From NCBI RefSeq assembly GCF_964204645.1, contig NC_134029.1, positions 23,368,950 through 23,432,949 of the forward strand: a DNA stretch of 64,000 bases, read 5' to 3'. The DNA comes from Tubulanus polymorphus (lineage: Eukaryota > Animalia > Nemertea). The notes below the pieces were generated by a model. The model did no database searches and was not told the DNA's origin. It saw only the letters and a program-made list of their open reading frames with translations. Positions within the stretch are counted from its first letter, which is position 1; each line of letters starts with the position of its first letter. The position numbers and the translations under genes were made by a program. Shown here piece after piece: positions 50,301-64,000 of this stretch.

Positions 50301-52059
50301 TATTAATGTTATATACAAGTACGTATAGTATGCATATATATACACGCACTATTGCGTGCGATTTTTTACTTTAAATTACGTCTTTTTATCTTACACAATT
50401 ATATGACATGTACCTATATATATGAAGTATATACAAGGGCAGTGACTTGACACGTTTACAACATTTTTATTTTCACATAATTTTTTTTTTCACAGCTTCG
50501 CCAAAAGAAGCGCCAAGAAATGCATAGTTATAGCGGTTTCGTAACAAAACACGCGTAAACCTATCCCCGCTGTAAACACTCGGTCAGATATTTACCCAAT
50601 TCAACCACGGTGTGTGTTTCATGCCCCCCGAGTTTCTTGGGCTTGGTCAACGCTCACACACAGATCCATCTTTCACTTTTATAGCAAGAGAACCGAAAAA
50701 CATATTTTCAAACCACGCCCCTGCAACTGTATATCGTGTTTCAATGATAGAAACTCATTTGATGTTTAAATATGACGCGAAAACTAAAACACGGATGAAT
50801 TTTGACGCCTTTGATTTCTTCCTTCTATTATTCTTACTCGGGCGGCAGACGAATTCGAAAAAGTAAAGATAGATTTCATTTTTTTAGCTTGAATATGGAT
50901 CTGACCTGGTTCGTCATTAGGGAGGAAGGTTGGAGGTAGACAACGTTTACAATTAATCATATAAAATGATTCGGAACTGTTCGGTATTTTCCGGTATCTC
51001 ACCGTACGAGGCGAGAAAGGATGAAAATAACGAAGTTAAGAGCTACAAAGATATAGTTAAGTACCCAAGTAATAATAATTGTTTATACAGATCTATCTAA
51101 TCTTAACCTCGCGTTTAAGGTTGCATCAGGCGACAATTTTAACGAGATTTATTTTTGGGTATTTTCTCCTTGAAATAAATGCTCACCGAATGAAATTGAA
51201 CGGATAATATTTTTCATCGACTGCGGCACTGTTTCAAATCAAAACGGTTTTTTTTCAAAGGTTTTTTTTAAAATAACAAACAGTACCGACCAGAATCTGA
51301 CATCGAATTCAGTATCTGTCACATAACAAACAATGGTAACAATAAATATGTTCAGTTTTTTTTTCAGTTCAGTATTTCAATTTTCTTCGAAGTGATAAAG
51401 CATGTTCTACGTTTTGAGATTCAGTCTTTGTTTTACCATCGCAGGCTGTACAGCGTTCATATCGACGATTTCACTTTATTCAGTCTACATCGCCAACGCA
51501 CAATCTTCAACGGCCCCAACTCCACTTTGACACAAAACATAGCGACGACGGGATTTTGGGAATGCCCTCTAATCCAGTGAGAAATCGGATCACAGTAAAT
51601 AAAGGCACTTAATTGAGTTGAAAATCACGAGACCAATACAGGTTCTATAATTGAAGCCAGCATCGCGGCCCGATCGGTCGCAATAAGGCATTCGATATTT
51701 CAAAAGTTCTCGCCACTCCTAAGAGAGATTCCTATCACTGGCAAGCGAGCTTAAGCAGCGAAACTATTTAGATATGGGTGTACAAGAAAATAACCCGGAA
51801 TGTTGACAATATAGAACTAAATACTGCACTGAACTCAAACATTATCTTAATAAAATATAACACACTTTCCATAATTTTGCTTTCTCACAATGATTGTGTC
51901 TTCCGCAAAACATTCATAACTTCGTAAATATGATCCACAAGTTAAAATTTTTTATACCCGCTTTTTACTAACATCGCAGACACTACTATATCGCACTTAA
52001 CCACGTTTTATTGTCCGCGTACCCGGTATCTATACTCAAATGTATATAATTCCTATTTG

Positions 52060-54978
<2,919 letters not shown>

Positions 54979-57281
54979 GACTTCATTGACACTGAAAGAT
55001 TGGCTGCCAATCCATGGCCCAATGGACCATCATCAATTCTATCGGAAATATTCCAATAGTAACCGTTGTATAATCCTACTAAAGTACCGGTTGCAGCAAC
55101 AGCTGTGGTAGAATGCAATGGTCTGATGGTGTACAGGTCAAGCCTGACCCTAGATATCCTGTAATGAGATACAACATAACGCATTGAGTGATTCATATGA
55201 ATATACGTATGCCAAATAAACGCAGGAAAAGTCATTTTTAAATAGTTAAGAAAGAATGCCGCCGATTGATAAGAAGAAAGGAAAGGATAAAAAAAAAGAA
55301 AAAGAAAAGCGCGCCAGGGAAACAGCCAAGACTAGCAGACAAAGAAAAGGTAGATTCGTCATGTCTAGCGATCATAATATACTCATTGATCGCGTGAGTT
55401 CGAAATGAAACATCGTTTATCGCGAATATATTTCAGCTAGCTAGCAACGAACCTGGAATTAATCCTCGAGAATGACAAGATAATTACGAATATAACCGAA
55501 TATATATCTATCGACTGACTACCCGGCGTGTACTAGCATAAACTCAGCTTACACACACGCGGCCCGACGCAGCACTATACTTGCCGAACCGATAACAGAC
55601 CTTTATATACTATTAGCCATCATATCAACGATACATCCATCATTTACTGATGGTAAGATGCCCGACTGAAAAAATACAACTGCCAAGATTCGCGTGTTGT
55701 TATAACACGGTTCAGATTTATAGTCGGTGTGACGGAGTCTGTAGCACTTAGACGTCATAACCAGTCGTATCATAGTCTGCTGCTGTCGGGGTTTGCGCTG
55801 CAATTATTACGTATATTTTTGGACAACAACAACGAACATGATTCATTTTCAGGCGCGTAATGCGTGCATGTGTGTGAGATATTTTAGAAATGTCACGGAG
55901 AGTTTGACTGCAAAATGACTACCGCATCAGACCGACGACGGCAGACTTCAGTGGCGTGTTCCCTTCGTTTATCAATTATGCTCGATTTGTTAAGCAATGC
56001 CTTCTCTGTTTAATGATATGACGAGTGGCCATATGACCTTTTCAGCTTCTAAAGAAACTGATCTCAGAAAGGACTCGGCCCCCCCAAACACCTGTACGGG
56101 ATTCCAATTTCATATCGTATGCCAGCCACATATCGACATCGGCGTTGACAGCGTGTATCTGAACAGAAAGATTTAGTATATGTACGATGTCTACGCTGTC
56201 ATCATCAGCAGTTCCGGGGAAGAAGATACATGGCAAATCAATATAGATAAAACACAATATACTGCTAATATCGATATGCTACTAAACAACGGATGATACA
56301 TGTACCACGTGAAAACCGCCAGGAAATAGAGATAATGTTTATATGTCCTGGTGATCTTTATGTTCGAAAGATGTTTCGTTTTAGAATATAATAGAAGACA
56401 CATGCAATCTGTATGCGACTGTCATAGTCAAGTCATGCACTGCGTACGCGTGTCCCACTGGCTTTCGATTCAACTAAATTGCCGGGTGTCGTTTTATTTA
56501 TCAAACCTGAGTGCTATGAGGTAATACTTCACAGGGCCCGATAATTTATTATCTACCGCCTTTAAATTAGAATTAGAAAATCAATATTCTATTATCTTTC
56601 CTTATGATTACGAGACGACAACGAACGACAAGAAATTGTATTTAAAGGGACAAGTCGAACTGTGACAGAAATGTTGAACGCTATACAAGCAATATGTACA
56701 ACGCTTGCCTGAGTTCAAAATTCTATAAAAAAAAAACTTCAAATAATTTCCGTGCCACTTGAGACTCGACGCCTCTCCCAAAAACATAACATTAGCAACA
56801 GGCATTAAGCGTGTCCTTAATTATTCTCTTAAAAAACAAGAATGCGATGTTTAATTCATTGCCTTTTCGATCATTTGTATTCAGATTTCTTTTTTTTTAC
56901 AATTTAACATTCTATGATGAAACTTTGTGCGTGTGTGGAATTTATTTAATAAACCAACTAGCATGAACCTACCGTGAAAAAGAAATCATATAATATTTCG
57001 TAAATCCTAAGATAAATTTTCCATAATTGCGCAATCAGTATAAAATCGTTTCATCGCTTTATTCCTTTTCGATGCAATAATTCAGTCGTGACAAAGTATC
57101 GAATTTTTTATTGCTTAGTTGGTAATCCTTGGCGCAGTATAACGGATATAAAAGCTGTTGTCACCTTTCGCAACTCAAGGCATTCTGCTGAAACGCAATC
57201 GGCGCAGTACGCGCTGAAATTCTCACCAGCGCCACGGCATGGCGGCGGTATTTTATCGAACTAAGTACTAAAACATCCAAG

Positions 57282-57485
57282 ATGGCGACCGCCGTCAGAA
57301 AATTCAGTCGACAAATTATTCGACAATTGAGCACGAATTCGGGACAGCGCGTAGCGAATAAACAGGGAAATACGCGCTGGATGTTAGTGGCTTTAGGTAC
57401 CGGTTCAATTGGTGTAACCGGTATTCTGTTATATCGTAAATTAGCGCAGAAAAACGACATTCAATCGCCAGTTGTATATGCGAAG
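57282..57485 (+). CDS. First coding exon of a nuclear-encoded mitochondrial membrane protein (possibly MICU2/MICU3-like)
   Basis: caagATGGCG start (YY1-like), Arg-rich acid-free presequence MATAVRKFSRQIIRQLST, Gly-rich TM RWMLVALGTGSIGVTGILLYRKL, ends PVVYAK|gtatgt (phase 0). No downstream exon identified in the window. Confidence 0.7.
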
Positions 57486-57728
57486 GTATGTGTTTACTAA
57501 TAAACGACATTGACAACTCGCTTTCTATTCAGTAAACAAACAGTAGATTCTAGACGTGGACAGTTGTTGATGTGTTTATTTAATGAAGGTTTTTGCCTCG
57601 ATAAAAGATTTCTCGTGAATATCTGTTGGTTTCCTGTAATACTAATGAAGTGTACACGATCAACAGATGAAGTAGTGGTTACGTCATAGGCCTGGCTTAT
57701 GTAGTAATGCTTAAACATGTTAAAACAC

Positions 57729-57806
57729 GTTGAATTCATAGATTTTAGTCTCAGCGTATCAGTCTTAGTTGAATTCATAGATTTTAGTCTCAGCGTATCA
57801 GTCTTA
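57729..57806. repeat. Perfect 39-bp tandem duplication, plus a 12-bp duplication at about 57820-57843
   Basis: gttgaattcatagattttagtctcagcgtatcagtctta x2; ctggaagctcat x2. Confidence 0.9.
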
Positions 57807-58091
57807 GTCCGTAACCCGACTGGAAGCTCATCTGGAAGCTCATCGGATTGTAAAAGATTACCGATAACGATTAGGTAACTCTATTAATAGCCTGTATTAT
57901 CGATGATAGCTATATATGTAGGCCTAAATTGTAATCAGGGGTGGATCAATGATTTAAGGAAGGCGGTGCTGCTCCAGTGATACAGCACTGATCAACAGGC
58001 TGAATAGAGTCCACACCATCTAGAAACGTACCTAGAACTTTGATAAAGAATAAACTACTAACATATTTGATATGATATCCTAATTGATTAT

Positions 58092-58255
58092 AAGCCACGA
58101 TCCCGTAGGGACGATTTTGGCCGGGTCAAATTTGGGCCATGCCTTATTAGAGAGGGCGTTCACACGTAAATAGCTCACTCGTTACTACAGGTCCATTGTC
58201 ACCGGTGTAAACAGTTCGCCCAGACCTCATTTGTCTGCGGGTGGTGATCTCGGCT
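58092..58255 (-). mobile_element. Degenerate MITE family B copy
   Basis: aagccacgatcc...gtgatctcggct termini; internal agagggcgttcac matches the reverse complement of family B. Confidence 0.55.
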
Positions 58256-58842
58256 AAAATCATCTTAAATAAATAGGTCATATACAAACAACACAATGTT
58301 GATTACACTATAACTATCTCTCTACATGGAAAATTTGTTTGGTAAATCCCGAAAATATTTTTGAGATGTTAGAGTTGAGAGTGGCTGCAACATATACATC
58401 AGACTGAATAATAGCAACCTTACCTTTATAAATCACGACACAATGTTCAGTTATTGATCGAGATCATCATTTAAATACAAGTTCCCGTGTGGGAAACCCT
58501 GATATATTTAATTGCGTGTACACAGATATTGCGTCAACAGTTGAAATGTTTCAGGTGAAAAAAATCCCGAAGTTGCTCTCTCTCGTTCTCGTGTGGAATG
58601 TGAAGTAATTTACGTTCAGTTAGGCGTGTAATTTTAATGTTTTTCTCTTCATAAACTGTGATGATTAATCAGAAATGAAACGCAACGATAAGAAACTATT
58701 TAATTAATTACGCAGCAAATGTTCATTCATCGAGTGTATTATTAGTGTAATAGGAAATGAAAAAAATAATTTTCTCACGTGTGTTGAATTTTGTGAATGT
58801 GAAAGTGAAAGAATGAATGGAATTTTTTTCCATGTGATTTGT

Positions 58843-58920
58843 GGGAGTGGATTGAGCAGGTGGTTAGATTGTTCCGTTCTGGGATACCGAGTCATAGGTT
58901 CGAACCCGGGGCGAGACTCC
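58843..58920 (+). mobile_element. tRNA-like head (SINE or tRNA pseudogene)
   Basis: A-box-like tgagcaggtgg and B-box ggttcgaaccc about 45 nt apart; no intact cloverleaf. Confidence 0.4.
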
Positions 58921-61646
58921 TAATTGCCTCTTGTCAGTGCGGAGGCATTGTGACCTGAAAGAAGTCAGGCCAGATTTTAGCAGCTTGAGGAGTAATAAGC
59001 AGGGCGGATTCGGGTGGTTAGATTAAGTCTTTTCGCGATTCATCAGTTCAAATTCTGGTGGTCAGAGTTTCATGGTCGAAGGTTCGTCTCTGGTCCCTCT
59101 CCCCAATAATGCAGGAAACCTTGAACCCGATTGCGATATCCTGGAGTGGTGCTCAGCAGTACTCTGGGCCAAAATGCCTCTTTCTACTATGAAACTATGA
59201 TTATGGATTGCTACTTAATTAGGGGTGGATCTATCTACAGCTGAACCAAATATGGTTTCTAATGAGTAAAATTGGTTCATGAAATCGTCGAATAAAGAAC
59301 TTTTGAATTGCACAGTATTGAAGTCATCAATCATCTACATTCCATTTTCTGATCGGTGAATTTATTGTTTTATGAAGGTCTGATTAAAACAGGCAATTTA
59401 CGTCATTGCCTTGTCACAATACGTTGTTGCGCAGGTCGCAGGAATATTCATTGATTTTTAAATCAAATTGTTTCTCTGCGTTAATCAATGCTAATTATAG
59501 AATTTGACGATTCTCGAGAATGTTACACTAGACCTTTCATCTAATAAATAGTCAGACGCTAGGTATAAGGGTGTCATTAGTACAACTTCGATATTAAAGC
59601 TAGGTTTTGTCTATATGTACGAACTATTGTCAGATTTACCGATAAAACGAAAGGTCATTGCTTATGGTAGGAGTCAGATATCTGACGAATAACCCAATCA
59701 GAAATTTAGGTTTAACAAGGGGAGAGTCAGATACCAATTCGGCCACAATTTCCTACCCGGAGAGTATTTTTGTGGCTTAAAATAGATGGACAAGAAAATG
59801 ACGTTTCTAGAAAATTTCGTTTTTCGAGTCCAACCATTTAAGTATAACCATATATAGGCCTATGATATTCTTTAAAAGTACAAAATATATTTATATATAT
59901 ATATACGACTATTGAATGGTGTTTTGTATTTAGCCTCTAGCCGGCTCGATTCATAAATGTCATGTCTGATTGTAAATCAAAAATTGTGCAAATTAAGATT
60001 TAATTATACGCCTTTTATGTAGCGGCGCAAAGACTGTGTTCATTGAGTTCGATTGCGCTCATTGCCTCGGTGTTTGTTCGGCGTTTGTTCGGCATATCGA
60101 AGTTTTATAAGTTTCTAGTATGAGTGAATCGAGCCATTTGAAACAAAGCTCGACGATCATCGACGCCACCGATCTGTCGCCAGATCGCAATGCGCAATGT
60201 TTACCATTCGTGGCTCTCTAAAAAGGATCCCCCTCGTCGTGTAGGTGTTCACGCCGGAGACATGTCTGAGTTCGGTATTTTCTCATCGGCGATCGTCGTT
60301 ATTGTTGTAACGATTAATATAACAGTTTGGATTTTATCGCTACTCCTCGAGGGGCCGATTCAATATCTATTCTACACACTGAGGTTTTGTGCGCCATTGA
60401 AAATTGCCGCCATTCGCTAACCGTAACTTCACGAGGCATCAAAATTCATTCAGCGCCATTTAACGGGGTCCCCACAACGATTTAATCGATTCCTTAAAAA
60501 AAAATCCTGATTGGAAATTGCTTTAAAAGGTGAAACTCCTTTAATTTGAGCAGAATGCCAGAAACTCCTGTAAAACTCCTTCAATTTTGAGAAATAGGCA
60601 ATTAGAGAATTTTGTCCTGTTAGGAGTTATATAGTAAACTATGTCTAAATCGGTACAGATAGGATTTGTTTTTGCCCAATTACGCGGTAGGCAAACTAGA
60701 AACCTATTTTAGGTAGTTAAGTCTAGAAATTTACTCATAAAACCACCAAATTAATGGTTTACCGAGATGAACAGTGCAAGGAGGAGTCTACTGTAATTTG
60801 GATATGAAAGTGATGCAGACGCTTCCAGGAAATTTGAAAAGTTCTCCTTCAAAGCTCTTTGAAACTCCTTACATGCTGGAATGACTGATCTGTAGGGCCC
60901 GATGTCGAAGACTAGCGTTTTATTTTTTTTCTTGTCTAAAAACTCTTGTCCGATTTAACAAGTGTCGTTATAGACCTAATATCAATAATTCGGGACATTT
61001 TAATATTTCGTGAAAAACGCAAATTTTGACTTGGTTTTTACTAGTTCAGATAAATACGACACAAAGCCCGTCAAACCGATCGGATGTCGTAAACTCAACA
61101 CTCCTGGAATTACTGTTGATTTTATAAATTCCAAGACAAACTCGGTCGGTTGACTTAAGACGGCAGAATATGTGAATATATATACAGACGGTGTTCGTCC
61201 TATCACTTACTCCGCTATCAAACAGTAGACATATATACAACGGTTTTTTTTTTAAATGGTAGTTGATCGGGGCATCCGGTACACTTGTCTTTGTCATTTC
61301 AAAGACATCAGTCGAAAGCATTTCGATCGAGTTTATTCTAATTCTCGATTCTAACCGTCGACACCCGAAATAGAGCGTTTTTTTATTTACAAAATCTCTT
61401 TTGTCGTAAGGTGACGATGATTGTAGGATTTAAATCGTCCTTAACTACTAAAAACATAAAATATACATTCCATTGAATTTCCGATAGAAATATTTCGAAC
61501 GTTTCGATTTAATCGATACTTTACGCTAAACGGTGAAAAACAAGTTTCGGTTATTCCTGATTGTTGAACTTAGAGTTTATGTTTATATATTATCTGTAGC
61601 ACTCCTAAATTCTTTAGTCTTCAATCGATGACAATCAATCGAGTAG

Positions 61647-61888
61647 ATAGAGGGAGAGAGAGAGGGAGAGGGAGAGGGAGAGAGAGAGGGAGAAGGAGAG
61701 GGAGAGGGAGAGAGAGAGGGAGAAGGAGAGGGAGAGGGAGAGGGAGAGGGAGGGGAGAGGGAGAGAGGAGGGAGGGAGGGAGGGAGGGAGGGAGGGAGGG
61801 AGGGAGGGAGGGAGGGAGGGAGGGAGGGAGGGAGGGAGGGAGGGAGGGAGAGAGGGAGAGGGAGAGAGAGAGAGGGAGAGGGAGAGAG
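61647..61888. repeat. GA-rich low-complexity tract including (GGGA)n
   Basis: Directly visible. Confidence 0.95.
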
Positions 61889-62220
61889 CGGATTGGATTT
61901 CTTAAAATCTCTTGCTGAGCACCACTGACTTAGGGCATTTAATAGAATCAGGTTTGAGTTTCCGGACAGGATAGTCCGGACCGGAAAGGAATCAGAAACT
62001 GTCACCATCAGTATTCGAGACACTCGACCGCTGCACCCCTCTAGAGAAGACCCGCATTAAATAATCTCTGAATTTTAATTTTCCGATTAAAAATAATCAT
62101 ACGCTTTGTCGAATGAAATGGACGCCGAATGTAAAGCCGTTCAGCGGTAAGTGTCTTTTCTATTGTCACGGTTTGGTCTGGTTTTGATATCCTCAAGAAA
62201 AGAAATATCTCAAACATCAG

Positions 62221-62222
<2 letters not shown>

Positions 62223-62263
<41 letters not shown>
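62223..62263. repeat. (TA)n microsatellite
   Basis: Directly visible. Confidence 0.95.
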
Positions 62264-62264
<1 letters not shown>

Positions 62265-63096
62265 GAGTTATTAACGATTGAATCGAAAAGAAAATGAAAC
62301 TCGGCGAGGAAAAACTCCGCGTCTTACATTTACGAGGTATGAATGTGGGTGGAAGTTTTAAATCGAACAATGACTCGGAATTTAGACCTTCAGACATCAA
62401 AGTGAAGTATCTTGTAGAAAAACTTCCACTCGAGAAAGTAATCGCGCGCGCACGAAAATACTTTCTTGAATGGCATTAAACGAATTGGAATGAATTCAGC
62501 GATTTTTCTTATCTTGAAATCATGGCTTACTCGAGTAGATGATAATTGCGCGTTGAAAGATACAATACTCAATTGAGTTAAGATGAAAAATATTCTCGGT
62601 CATTTCTTTATTTCTTTTTTTTAAATTCAGGAGCCGTTAGTTCACGGTGTGAATAGACATTTCAGATATTGATTTGGATGCTGAGATAAGTTGAACGTTA
62701 GGAGGAGTTTATAGATTGACGTTCGGTTTAGGGCTCGGATCAGATTAATAGCGAGGTGAATATCCTAGAATCGCGGAAACTAAATATCAAAGTTCACATT
62801 CTAGATTTTTACCTGTCAGAACATTCTTCTATTTAGGTTATAAATAATGTGTGATATAGGATTGGCAATATAGGAATTTGGGCTCGCTGCAAACGCGAAA
62901 GGCCGAACGCGCGAGAACTTTGCGGTTAATCTCGGCCGGGTTCTAATCGAGCGCTTTGTTCGATTTCGTTGACTTTTTTACATAAGACAAACAGTTGTTT
63001 TATATTCTATAAAACGTCGTTTGTTTGATACATGTTGTTGGAAGGTTTGTAATCGTCTGTGCACTTGTAGACATGTATAGGTTCTAGGTATTACAC

Positions 63097-63097
<1 letters not shown>

Positions 63098-63181
<84 letters not shown>
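63098..63181. repeat. (TA)n microsatellite
   Basis: Directly visible, with one interruption. Confidence 0.95.
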
Positions 63182-63184
<3 letters not shown>

Positions 63185-63604
63185 AACGTTTACAAAAAAA
63201 ATCACATTTTTCAAGCGCCGGTCTATTGAAATAAGTCTCGCAGCGCTGTGTAGACACGAATTCCATTCATAAAATTCATTCATAAATCGAGTCAAGCCTT
63301 CAGAGGTTTTCATTCACGTGAACGGCGTGCCTGCCTATACTGAGCTTGTGTATTCGCGGTGAATGGATTGATATGAATGATCTACAGTTTGAAAGAAAGT
63401 AGAAATGATGAGAAAAATGTCGCGAAGTCGTCTACAGCTTTACTGAACTAACAGAGCTCCTATCTCTCAGTATGCAATACAACTGAATGCAATATCGAAT
63501 AAAAAATCTTTTCGACGCCTGAGTAATGAATAATTCAATGCAAATGTTATTGAAATAAAGTGAAATACATTGAAGTATATGTCAAGAAGTATCACGAGCT
63601 GATT

Positions 63605-63850
63605 TGCGCAACCGATTGGTCTTAGGTCATTTAACTTAAAATTGTCTTAAATTTTGAGACTGGTCCTAAGTTGTTAGATTGGTTATAGAACTAAGATGGT
63701 CTTAAATCGGTCTTAAGTCTAAGCCATGACTATGCAACTGGGCCCAGGTCTTAGACTTGAGATCAGTCTTAGGACTATTCTACGTCTATAGCTGATCTAG
63801 ATTATGAAAAGACCACTTTTCGTCTCAAGTCTCGACTGGAACCAGCCCTG
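63605..63850. mobile_element. Degenerate MITE-like repeat with ggtcttaa/g units
   Basis: Recurring ggtcttaa(g) motifs and a gcaactgggcccag end resembling the 42-kb Harbinger-like termini. Confidence 0.35.
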
Positions 63851-64000
63851 GAACTCCAAGGAAATCTGTAAATTATTCTGTTAGCCCTCATTGTCTGACC
63901 TGACTACAACTTCGATTTTAGCGAGTATTTTTCACCTTACCTAAGAGCCCTGTAAACTACTCCCAAAAGTATCAAAATAATCTTGGTAACGGCCTAATTT

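Noticed and set aside
58843-58920. Functional tRNA gene
   Set aside because: A and B boxes are present but the D and anticodon stems do not form and there is no T-run terminator.
58555-62675. Candidate second exons for the 57282 gene (acceptors near 58554, 59434, 62630)
   Set aside because: Phase-0 translations hit stops or show no recognisable motif. The next exon is probably beyond the window or too short to identify.

Overview
Eukaryotic (animal) genomic DNA: AT-rich, CpG not depleted, GT-AG introns. An invertebrate bilaterian, probably a lophotrochozoan (inference). By hand-splicing with consistent intron phases I recover four essentially complete genes and the first exon of a fifth. (1) An INF2-type formin on + (about 1.2-11.7 kb) with TWO paralogous, mutually exclusive N-terminal DID exons feeding one constant region. 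(2) A GnRH/AKH/ACP-family GPCR on + (18.1-33.9 kb) with two tandem alternative terminal exons. (3) A NUDT6-like Nudix hydrolase on + (37.9-45.5 kb). (4) A three-exon FGF on - (52.1-55.0 kb) with a signal peptide and a long Thr-rich/basic tail, tail-to-tail with NUDT6 as vertebrate FGF2 is. (5) A divergent first exon encoding a mitochondrial presequence plus TM segment (57.3 kb), possibly MICU2/3, the head-to-head neighbour of vertebrate FGF9/FGF20. Introns hold long (TA)n and GA-rich tracts, several MITE families and SINE/LINE remnants. All homology calls come from recalled family motifs, not from database searches.
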